Positions 1-9,384 of a stretch of 64,000 bases of DNA are shown piece by piece (positions within the stretch are counted from its first letter, which is position 1; each line of letters starts with the position of its first letter). Source of the stretch: Candidatus Krumholzibacteriia bacterium (GTDB lineage: Bacteria; Krumholzibacteriota; Krumholzibacteriia; Krumholzibacteriales; Krumholzibacteriaceae); the NCBI GenBank assembly GCA_963770685.1, contig CAVYQN010000002.1, positions 64,020 through 128,019 of the forward strand. Direction: 5' to 3'. The notes beneath the pieces were generated by a model. The model was not told where the DNA came from, made no database searches, and saw only the letters and a program-made list of their open reading frames with translations. Position numbers and translations under genes: made by a program.

Positions 1-645
1 TCGTCCTTCTGGCTTTTTTACGTCAATATAGAGGGGTTCGAAACTGGTGTTTCGATCGAGAGCGGTTCGCCTCTCATCACCGATTGCAGCCTGAAGGACA
101 ACGTAACGGGAATATATGTCGGCGGCGGATCCTCCTCTCCGAGCCTTTCGAGAAACATCATCGAGAATTTCACGACGGCGGTCGCGATAGAGGGCGGAGT
201 GGTGTCGCTGAGGAATCATACGATCGTGGAGGGTGGGACGGGGATAAGCGTGTCGGGAGGGACGGTCGACGCCTTCCGCAACATCATCTACAGGTGCGTG
301 ACGGGAGCGCGTTGCACGGCCGGTTCCCTCGCGCTTTCGTGCAACGATCTCTGGGAGAATACGGCCGACTACAGCGGGTGCGGGCCGGGGACGGGGGATA
401 TTTATGAAATGCCCCGTTTCTGCTATGAAGCCACAATGCAGCCCGGGCCGTATTATCTTCATGTGGATTCCCCCTGCTGGGCCGCCAACAACCCGTGCGG
501 CGTGAATATCGGGGCTCTGACGATCCTGGCCGGTTGCAGCGGCACGGCGGCCGAGCGAGGCATCCTGGGGGAGCATCAAGGGGATCTTCAGGGAATAATG
601 ACGGGCCGAGAACGAGCCGCCGGATCCGGCAGGGGGGAAGGATGA
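1..645 (+). CDS. Right-handed parallel beta-helix (PbH1) repeat protein, C-terminal part; 5' end outside window
   Basis: Frame 1 is open from base 1 to TGA 643-645 (track lists it only from 199). Periodic units such as NIIENFTTAVAIEGG / NHTIVEGGTGISVSGG / NIIYRCVTGARC are typical of pectate-lyase-fold repeats. Confidence 0.6.
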   Translation, partial: SSFWLFYVNIEGFETGVSIESGSPLITDCSLKDNVTGIYVGGGSSSPSLSRNIIENFTTAVAIEGGVVSLRNHTIVEGGTGISVSGGTVDAFRNIIYRCVTGARCTAGSLALSCNDLWENTADYSGCGPGTGDIYEMPRFCYEATMQPGPYYLHVDSPCWAANNPCGVNIGALTILAGCSGTAAERGILGEHQGDLQGIMTGRERAAGSGRGEG

Positions 646-2354
646 AAGGAAGATTAATCGTCTGCTCGCTTTTGATCCTGTCATCGGCCCGCCCCGCGGC
701 GGGCGCCGGGGAACAGGGCAGGGCCGGTGCGCGCGAGAAGGAAGGGAAAGCGGTGGAAGCGTTATTTTATAACGGCAGGATAATCACGATGGACCCGCGA
801 AGGCCGGTCGCGGGGGCGATATACGCGAGGGGAGGAAGGATAGCGGGAGTCGGTTCCACGGAGGAGATGGCGGCGCTCGCCGGCGCGGGCGCCGAGAGAT
901 ACGATCTCAAGGGGATGACCGTCATACCCGGGTTGACGGACGCGCACGCCCATTTCCAGGGATACGCGCTGAGCCTTGCCGACCTCGACCTTTCGGGCAC
1001 CGGTTCGTTCGAAGAGATATTGGAGATGGTGCGTTCAAAGGCCGCCGAAGTGGAAAAGGGAAAATGGATATCGGGCAGGGGATGGGACCAGAACGACTGG
1101 GCCTCGAAGGATTTCCCGGACAGGACCGGCCTCGACCTGGCGAGCCCGGATAATCCCGTGCTGCTGGTCAGGGTCTGCGGGCACGCCGCTCTCGCCAATT
1201 CCGCCGCTCTCGAACTCGGGGGGATCGATTCGTCGACAGTGGATCCGGAGGGCGGCAGGATCGTGCGCGGGGTTTCGGATCGGCCCACAGGCCTGCTTCT
1301 CGACGAAGCCATATCGATGGTGAGAAAGCTCATCCCGCCGGTATCGAGGGAGGAGAAGAAGCGCCTCTTCGCGAGAGCGGCCCGAAATTGCCTCGAGGCG
1401 GGTCTCACCGGCGTCCACGACATGGGGATCGGGAGCGAGACGGCCTCCATTTACAGGGAAATGTTCGACGAGGGGACCCTGCCCCTGAGGTTGACAGTCT
1501 ACTATAATTACGACGAGGAGGATCTCGACAGCCTCGTCGCGGCGGGGCTCGTCGGCGGTTACGCGGACGATCATTACGCGGTAGCGGGGGTGAAGTTCTT
1601 CGTCGACGGTTCCCTCGGAGCGAGAAGCGCAGCGCTCCTTGGCGACTATTCGGACGACCCCGGGAACCGGGGCCTTCTCATGATGGATCCCGAAGAGCTC
1701 CTGGTGCGGATCAGGGCCGTCCATGAGAAGGGGTTCCAGGTCGCGGTGCACGCCATCGGCGACAGGGGGAACAGGACTATTCTCGATATATTCGAAAAGG
1801 TGCTCGCCGACTCTCCGCGCGGCGAGATGAGGCACAGGGTCGAGCACGCGCAGGTCATTTCGCCCGGGGATATCGGAAGGTTCGCCGGCCTCGGCGTAAT
1901 CCCGTCGATGCAGTTCGTCCATTGCACTTCGGACATGCCGTGGGCGCCGGAGAGGCTTGGAGAGGAGCGGCTCGCGGGCGCCTACGCCTGGAGATCGCTC
2001 ATCATGACGGGATGCAGGATCCCCGGCGGCTCTGATTTCCCCGTCGAGTCGATAGATCCGTTCCGCGGGATATATGCCGCCGTCACGAGAATGGACGACA
2101 GCGGGGAGCCGGCGTCGGGATGGTTCCCCGCGCAGAGGCTGACCGTCGAAGAGGCACTTCGTTCCTTCACCATCGACGCCGCGTGGGCGGCGCGCCAGGA
2201 GGAGACAAGGGGCTCGATCGAAAAGGGAAAACTGGCCGATTTCGTCGTCATATCCGAGGATATAACCTCGATCGATCCCGCGCGGATCCTGGAGATCGAA
2301 GTGATCGCCACGGTGCTCGGCCAGGAGATCGTCTACGATTCAGGGAGATTCTGA
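642..2354 (+). CDS. Secreted amidohydrolase family protein (Amidohydro_3 / YtcJ-like metal-dependent hydrolase)
   Basis: Track ORF 495..2354. The in-frame ATG at 642 overlaps the upstream stop (ATGA) and gives the signal peptide MKGRLIVCSLLILSSARPAAG. Motifs DAHAHF, VAVHAIGDRGN, HRVEHAQ. Confidence 0.85.
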   Translation: MKGRLIVCSLLILSSARPAAGAGEQGRAGAREKEGKAVEALFYNGRIITMDPRRPVAGAIYARGGRIAGVGSTEEMAALAGAGAERYDLKGMTVIPGLTDAHAHFQGYALSLADLDLSGTGSFEEILEMVRSKAAEVEKGKWISGRGWDQNDWASKDFPDRTGLDLASPDNPVLLVRVCGHAALANSAALELGGIDSSTVDPEGGRIVRGVSDRPTGLLLDEAISMVRKLIPPVSREEKKRLFARAARNCLEAGLTGVHDMGIGSETASIYREMFDEGTLPLRLTVYYNYDEEDLDSLVAAGLVGGYADDHYAVAGVKFFVDGSLGARSAALLGDYSDDPGNRGLLMMDPEELLVRIRAVHEKGFQVAVHAIGDRGNRTILDIFEKVLADSPRGEMRHRVEHAQVISPGDIGRFAGLGVIPSMQFVHCTSDMPWAPERLGEERLAGAYAWRSLIMTGCRIPGGSDFPVESIDPFRGIYAAVTRMDDSGEPASGWFPAQRLTVEEALRSFTIDAAWAARQEETRGSIEKGKLADFVVISEDITSIDPARILEIEVIATVLGQEIVYDSGRF

Positions 2355-2366
2355 GGCGCGGCTGTT

Positions 2367-3369
2367 TCACCTCGTCTGCTTGAGCGTGACGGCGCCCTCT
2401 TCGGTCCGGATGCGGATGTTACCGCGTCCTCCGGGGAGTCTGCCCGACAGCCAGTTTTCCCCCTTCTGGAGATTCACGGCGGAGGGCAGATCGGTGCGGA
2501 TCACGCCGCCGTCGGAATCGATGGTGAATACGGCGCCGAGGCCCTCGGCGAATCTTATCATGACGTCCCCGTCTGCCGTCCGGACATCCATGTCGATCGT
2601 GTCGGTATTGTGCAATTCGATATCGACCTTCCCGTCGGAGGTCAGTATATCGATCCTTCCCGCCTTTACACGGTAGAGATCTATATTGCCGTCGTCCGTC
2701 TCTATCCCGAAATCGCCCTCCGAATCCCTGACGACGACCTCGCCGTCCCCGCCGCTGATGACGCATCGGGGCATCCTGCTTCCGAGGATGCTGATCGGGC
2801 CGTCATCGACTTCGATGTCGAGGTTTCCCTCGTGATTCTCAACCTCGATCTCCCCGTCACCGCTCCTTATCCTGGTATCGGCCGAGCGGGCGCCGGTCAG
2901 CAGGATGTCCCCGTCATCCAGGTCGATCTCGACATCCCCTTTCCATCCTTCGATGTCGACGCTTCCGTCTTCGCCCGTGATATCCAGAATGACATAATCG
3001 GGGGCCTTTATCGTGTACGTATATTCCTTCACGTTGAATATGAGGAATCCCACGGTCGCCTCGCTTTTCTCGCGCCCCTCGACCTCGACGATCCTCTCCT
3101 CCTGAGCGAACTCGACGGTAAAATCGCGCTCTCCGGAACCGAACGACTTGAATTCGGCCAGATAATGCACCTCGATATCGATGACGTCCCGGTCCCATTT
3201 CCTGACCGTCACATCCCCGTCTCCATTCCTGAGACGCAGGATGCATCCCCGATCGACCCGGAAACTCTCGTGATAATCCCTCCTGATTTCGGCGCGAACG
3301 CGCCTCGGGGGAGGCCGCCGTCGCGGCCAGCGCCGCGACCAGCAAAACCGTGAGATGTCTTATTTGCAT
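2367..3369 (-). CDS. DUF4097-type beta-strand repeat protein (putative adhesin) with signal peptide; frame-broken near 3295-3305
   Basis: Track ORF 2367..3212 (GTG start) has repeated DG-D/E-I/V strand units. The frame stays open upstream (..RAEIRRDYHESFRVDRGCILRLRNGDGD) without a start. ATG 3369 in another frame encodes MQIRHLTVLLVAALAATAASPEA and then turns to Arg-rich junk. Confidence 0.7.
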
Positions 3370-3427
3370 ATATTTCCTCCGTTCACAGTGGAGTACGTCA
3401 TGCCGCGCCGCATTGTTTCAAGATTCC

Positions 3428-5121
3428 CTATTTCACGGCCGACATTGTGAGGGGGAGCGCGGCTCGCTCGAGCATCAGTTCGCGGATCCTTGCCAGCGGC
3501 CTGCTTTCGCCGCTTGTCCCGGATACCTCCTGAACGGCCTGTTCGATCAGGATCGCGGCGATTCCCGGCATACGCGACCGAAGGCGAGGAGGCCGCGATG
3601 GAAACCCTTCTTGACGCGTCCTCCCTTTCCGCGCCGATCGCGGAGACCAGGTAATCGACGGCGGCGTCCACGGTGAACCTGCCGGAATGAAGCCCGAAGA
3701 CGGTCACCATCATGGCAAGGTCCCGGGAATTTTCTTCGAGGAATCTTTTCCGCTGCCGCATGAGCAGGATCGGGGAAGATCTGGCACAGCTCCTTCATGA
3801 GAAGGTAATCCCAGCCCAGGGCGTAAAGCCGGGACGCGAAAACGGTCCTCAGCCTGTCATCGCGCCGGCAGAGGATCCTTTCCGGCTCCGACGCGCAGGC
3901 GCTGACCCTCAGAAGGTCGTGGATGAATTCCCCCGGACCGGCTCTCTCAGCTCCCGGAGGCACGATGATCGTCGTGCCGCACGATCCGCCGGCGAATGCG
4001 GAGGTGGATATCGAGAAGACCGGATACGAATCGCCGGCCGGCACCGAGAGGTGGGGATTCGAAGGGAGGCCCCGCTGAACCGGAAGCGCCGCTCTTCTTA
4101 TGACCGCAAGGCTCGTCTCTTTCCCGGATCCGGGAAGCCCCTTCGACGAACAGATGCCGCCTATGCTGTCAATCATGGCCTGCAGCGGGGGAATGTCATT
4201 TTTCGCGGTCGTCCCCGCGCCCGGGGGGCGGCTTCGTTCGATGGAGGCGATCTGCCCCATGTTCTTCCTGATCGATTTCTCCGCCTCGGCGGTGAACTCG
4301 TCGAGATCCAGGTCGAGGTGCTCGGAATAAAGCAGGATGTCCGAGATCTTTTCCGTGCCCAGGATGTAGCTCCCTGCGTTCCCGAGGCGAGAGCGCCGCG
4401 AAGATAATCCCCGAACGATTCCACGCTTTTGACCGCCTCGTCGAACGAGGCGGGAAGGGTTCCGTATCGCAGCTTCAGGACGGCGCGCAGCTCGCCGGCC
4501 TTTTCAAGGATGGCGCCGATCCTTTCAAGGGACGGCTCGATCTGTATCGCCGGGGGATCGCGCAGATTCAGCCCGGCGTTTTCAAGAAGCGCCGGGAACG
4601 CGGCCGAGGCGGCGCTCGTAGGAGCGCAGTTCACCCGCTCCGGGCGCCTCGATCCGGGACGGTATCCCGAAGAGGGCCTCCTCGGCCATCCAGCAATAGA
4701 GCAGGGGGTTCGTTTCCCAGGCGCGAAGTTTCCGCAACGCGAAGAGTTCCCCCCGAGCCAGTCGATCAGGATCGCGGAATCGTCGATCGCCCTCGCTCCG
4801 AAATGGTTCGCGGGCAGACGCGATATCCTCTCGAGGAGGGAATCGCACCTTGCTCCGCAGTAATCGATCTCATCGGCGGAGAAGGTGAAAAGAAGGGAAT
4901 CGGAGCCCGTGATCCCCAGCCTCGAGCTCCTGAGCGGGTGGATCTCCCCGTACAGTTCAAGCGCCTCGCCGACTATCGATTCGAAAGAGCGCAGGTACCC
5001 GCTCGAGTCGTCCCGGCCGCCGCACCCCGAGACGGCAATCGAGATCGCCAGCATCGAAAAGAGCGCCAAAACGCGGCCCGCCGGCGCTCCGCCCCGGTTC
5101 CTTCAAGAATCCGCCTTTCAT
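3428..5121 (-). pseudogene. DUF885-family lipoprotein, reconstructed across at least 6 frame breaks
   Basis: Fragments in track ORFs 4173..5069, 4582..4848, 3547..4260 and 3360..3761, plus a third-frame tail ..IAAILIEQAVQEVSG..LARIRELMLERAALPLTMSAVK* ending at 3428. N-terminus MKGGFLKEPGRSAGGPR + LALFSMLAISIAVSGC (lipobox) is split by a break. WETNPLLY and GWDYLLMKEL segments resemble DUF885. Confidence 0.55.
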
Positions 5122-5255
5122 CGATACGGTATTCATATGCGCCTGATATTACGGGTTCCGAAGGATTATGCAAAGATCTTTCCTCGCCGAAGTTCCTGTT
5201 GTAATGCGGCTTCGGGAAAGGTTAATATCATCATCATCGTATCGGGGAGGCAGGC

Positions 5256-6718
5256 ATGTCGCTGAAGATCACATCAAAGCCGGGCGGGATCGTAGGCCAG
5301 AGATTCGCCGTCTTTGTCATATCCCTTCTTTTCGCCGCCACCGCGGCGGGGTGGCTGCTGACGGAATTGTTCCCGCGCGATTTTTCCCGGAATATCGAAA
5401 TCTACAGGGAATCCTGGGGCGGCCCGGCCGTCACGGCCTCCCAATGGCTGAGGCTGGATGACCCGTTCCATTCCGTATGGTACACGGCGCTTCTCGTCCT
5501 TTTTTTCCTGACCCTTCTTCTCTGCATCGCGACCGGATGGAAATCGTTCGTGAGGAAGGCGCTCTTCGTCGAGCCCCCCGCAGGCATGGATGACCTGCCG
5601 TCCGGGGGGAGGGCGCCGAGATCCTCTGGATCGATCCGCTCGGCTCCTCATCGTCCGGGAAGGATCCGACGGCTCACTTCGCCGGGAAACACAAGACGGC
5701 GAGCGCGGCGGATGAAAAGACCAGGGGGCTGATCTACGAAGCGGTACTCAGCATATTGAGGAAAAAGGGATATTCGGTGGCGAGGGCGGAAGACAACGGG
5801 ACCATTCTTTTCACGGCGGCGGCGGGAAGATGGAGGTACCTCGGCAACCTGCTCTTTCATGCCGGGCTTCTCGCGCTGACGGCAGGGGGCATGCTCGGCA
5901 GCATCGCGGGGAAAAGCGAATTTCTATACGGGAGGCGCGGCGATCTTCTGCCGCTCCATGGAAGCGAAAACTCGATTCGCGTCGATGATTTCAGGATTAT
6001 CAAGGCCTCAGGCGGCCAGGTCAGGGATTACGTCTCGACCCTCTCCGTCGTCGACAAGGGAGGCGCCGCGGTCAGGACGGCCGCTATCGAGGTGAACAAG
6101 CCTCTGAAATTCGGCGGATTCAACATTTATCAGAGCGCCTATTACGTGGATGAGGAGATGGAGTGGGCGGCGCTGCGGTACGAGCCGGCCGCAGGCGCGC
6201 CGGTTCGTTTCAAGCTCAAGCGCGGCTCGGGAGCCGACATCGACGGAACCGGATACAGGATTGCCGCGGGAAGGTTTTTCCCGGACTTCAGGATGGGGCG
6301 CGGCGGTCCCTTCTCCGCCTCCCCCCAGATGACGAATCCGGCGCTGGAGGTCAGCCTTTTCTCGGCGGCGGATACAATGTCGGGATACCTGTTCCTCATG
6401 CATCCGAAATTCAATACGGCCTTCGGCGTCGCGGGCTCGCTGTTTCTCGAAGACCTCGAGCCGGTCTACTACACGGGGCTCGAGATATCCTCGAATCCAG
6501 GGGCTTCGTTGATGCTGTGGGGAATGGGCATTTCCTCCGCCGGCCTGCTCCTTCTTTACGCCTTCATCTATAAAAAGCTGAAGGGGCACATATCGGGCGA
6601 CAGGATGGCGATTCGCTCCGCGCAGGGACGCCGCGCGGCGCGAATGTCCGGGGAGATCGCATCCATCGAGAAGGAGATCAGGGCGGCGGCCGCCGCCATT
6701 CTGGGCGGCCGGTCATGA
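5256..6718 (+). CDS. resB: Cytochrome c biogenesis protein ResB/Ccs1; one frame break at the G6 run 5604-5609
   Basis: Track ORFs 5256..5732 (N-terminal TM part) and 5756..6718 (KPLKFGGFNIYQSAYY). Frame 2 reads on as ..EGAEILWIDPLGSSSSGKDPTAHFAGKHK.. directly after the G run. GGAGG lies upstream of ATG 5256. Confidence 0.8.
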
Positions 6719-6761
6719 GGGCGAGGGCAACCTGTGCGGCGGACACGGTGAAGGAGGATCA

Positions 6762-7571
6762 TTGAAAACACAGATCGATATAGATCTTTTCTGGGCATGT
6801 TTCTGGATCTACCTGGCGTCGTTTCTTCTTTTCAGCGTCTATTCGGCGTCGAGGAAGAGACCTGTCGGCGCCGCCGCGATCATTCTATTCTCGGCCGGGC
6901 TTCTTCTGCACACCGCCGGCCTCATTGCCCGGTGGACGATAAGCTCCCATCCGCCTCTCGCCACGATGTACGAGTATTCCCTCACGATGGCCTGGTTCAT
7001 CGGGGCGGCGTTCGCGTACCTCGCGGCAAGGACGCGCAGGATCGGCCTCGGAGTGGTCGTTTCGCCGGTGCTCCTGATGGTCCTCGTCATCGCTTCGATG
7101 CTTCCCAAACACGCTTCGGGCCTCATGCCGGCCCTTCAGAGCTACTGGTTCTACATACATGTCTCGCTCGCCGCCGTCTCTGAGAGCGCCTTCCTGGTCG
7201 CGTCGGGAGCGGGGATACTTTTCCTGCTGAAGAGGCGCGATGGCGGGCGTCCGGGCGCGCTCCCGTCATCCGAACTCCTCGAGGAGATCATCTCGAGGTC
7301 GATAAGGATAGGTTATCCGCTGTTCACGATAGGAGCGCTCTTCGCCGGAGCAATATGGGCGCAGTACGCGTGGGGACGTTTCTGGAGCTGGGATCCCAAG
7401 GAGACGGGAGCGCTCGTGATCTGGCTCTTTTACACCCTCGTGCTGCACCAGAACGCGGCGGGAAGATGGCGCGGAAAGGCCCTTGCCGTCGCGTCGGTGA
7501 TCGGGCTGGCCATAATCCTGCTTTCATTCCTGGGAAACCTTTTCCTCGGCGGGCTTCATTCGTATATCTGA
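6762..7571 (+). CDS. ccsA: Cytochrome c assembly protein CcsA/ResC (heme handling, WWD motif)
   Basis: TTG start 6762 preceded by GAAGGAGG. Trp-rich motif WGRFWSWDPKETGALVIWLFY. Polytopic membrane protein adjacent to resB. Confidence 0.9.
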   Translation: MKTQIDIDLFWACFWIYLASFLLFSVYSASRKRPVGAAAIILFSAGLLLHTAGLIARWTISSHPPLATMYEYSLTMAWFIGAAFAYLAARTRRIGLGVVVSPVLLMVLVIASMLPKHASGLMPALQSYWFYIHVSLAAVSESAFLVASGAGILFLLKRRDGGRPGALPSSELLEEIISRSIRIGYPLFTIGALFAGAIWAQYAWGRFWSWDPKETGALVIWLFYTLVLHQNAAGRWRGKALAVASVIGLAIILLSFLGNLFLGGLHSYI

Positions 7572-7577
7572 CGGGTT

Positions 7578-9053
7578 CTATCGGAGCAGAAGTATCTTGG
7601 CGGATGCCGACATCTTGCCGGCCATCGCCTTTGCCATGTAGACTCCCCCCGCGACCCTCCTGCCGGCGCCGTCCCTTCCGTCCCATATGAACGGATGCGT
7701 TCCCCCGGGGCACGACACGGAGGCGATCCTTCTCACGAACCGTCCCCTGATGTCGTAGATGCGGATGTCGACGGCGAGCTCTTCGGGCACCCCGAGCGTT
7801 ATCGTCGTGCTCCCGTTGAAAGGATTGGGACTCGCCTGGATCGTAAGGGCCGGGAAGGCCGGGACGGGGCCCGGTGGTTCGTCCTGATCTTCCACGCCCG
7901 TTCCCGGCGGCAGGTATGTGTTGTAATAAATCTCCTCGTTCCCGTCCCTGTCGTCCTTCCAGGCGGCGTGAAGAATCCCGTCCTCCTCCGCGGCTATTGA
8001 ACAGATCGACGCGCGTGACGACTCGGAGGATATGCGAAGGGGGGAGCTCCAGAGAGCGTTTTCCCTCTCCATGAAGAAGACCCCGGGATTCGATACGGAA
8101 GGGTCGTTCGCCCAGAAGACGAGGCGAAGCCCGCCGTCCTGAGCGGGCCAGGCGCGGATGGTAATTCGTGCACTGGACGCTGGTCAGGCAGACCTCCTCC
8201 TCCCATCCCGAGGTGGCCGCGATATCGATAATATATCTGTTCGAAGATACCCCTTTTATCGATCCACACGACGTGGACATGCCCGCTGTCGTCGACGACG
8301 ATGTTGGGGCGCATCGCTTCGGCTTCCGGCCCGGAGATGGTCTCCTCGGGAGACCACTCCCCGATCTTTTCCCTGTAGCGTATCCTATTGAAATCGATCC
8401 CTTCCGGGTCCTCGCCCGTGTTCCACCATGCCACGTGGACCGATCCGCCCGGTCCGGTCGCCACGGTGGGGACCATCGCTCTTCCCGATTCGACGGAGGA
8501 GAGATATTCGGGAGCAGACCACGCGAAGAGGTCGAAGCTTCTGTATACGATCCGAATGGTGCCGTCCACATCCTCCTGGTAGACCATGTGAATGTTGTAT
8601 CCATCGGACGCGAGCGAGGACGCGTACGAATCGGCGTCCGAGAAGGAGACCCGTTTCTCCGGGCGCCAGGAGCCGTCCCACATCATGTGGTAGATCTCCA
8701 TGTTGCCGTCTCTTTGATCGTTCCACGCGAGGTGAATCCTTCCGAGGATGTCGACGACGAGATTGGGCCTTTTGGAATCGGCCGGATCGAAGGTCAGCCT
8801 CGTATCCTCCGACCAGGCCCCTTCCGACCAGGAACTTGTGGTAAATCTCGTAATTCTTGTCGCGGGAATCGGCCCAGACGACATGGACCCGCCCGGCGCC
8901 GTCGACGGCGATATATTTGCAATTGTTCGGCGGAGGGAAGGAGCTCTCAGGATCGTTCGTAAGCCTCAGGTCGACCTGCCATCCGTCGGCCGGGTAAAGC
9001 GGCGACGGCAGAAAGGCGGAAAGGATGCAGGCGGCGTAAAAGACGGGTATCAT
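7578..9053 (-). CDS. Secreted beta-propeller-like repeat protein (W.D.RDGN.EIY repeats, BNR/sialidase-like) with FlgD-Ig/T9SS-type C-terminal sorting domain; at least 3 frame breaks
   Basis: Pieces in track ORFs 8385..9335 (MIPVFYAACILSAF.. signal, VHVVWADSRDKNYEIYHK), 7994..8884, a short piece of 7324..8604, and 7578..8072 (..AWKDDRDGNEEIYY.. then ASPNPFNGSTTITL..YDIRGRFV..FIWDGRD). The start could instead be ATG 9149. Confidence 0.65.
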
Positions 9054-9384
9054 CCGGGAAAAGGCCGCGCGCTTGCGCGCGCCGGATCGCCGCCGCCCGG
9101 CAGGCAGGGAGCGCGGCGGGCTTCCAAGGTGAAAATTATACCCCGTCATCTCCGTTTCCTCGAGGAAGAGCCTTGATCCTTCATGAGTTAATGATACAGT
9201 GCGGGGATTTAAGCCGCAATCCGAATTATCCCGGTGAATATGCGGGGCCGCGCTCCCGGAATCACTTTTCTGGCATGCAATTGGCATGAATTCCTGACGG
9301 GTTGGAATATCCACACGCCGATACACGGGAGGCATCGATGCCGGCGACGCGCAAAATTAGCTGATATATTTAGCCGTAATTCTA

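Noticed and set aside
35-45. tRNA T-arm-like GGTTCGAAAC
   Set aside because: It lies inside the open beta-helix reading frame, with no acceptor or anticodon stems around it.
7324-8604. 426-aa minus-strand ORF
   Set aside because: Arg/Gly/Pro/Ser-rich composition typical of off-frame translation in GC-rich DNA. Only about 25 residues (ATSGWEEEVCLTSVQCTNYHPR) belong to the repeat-protein gene, which passes through this frame between two breaks.
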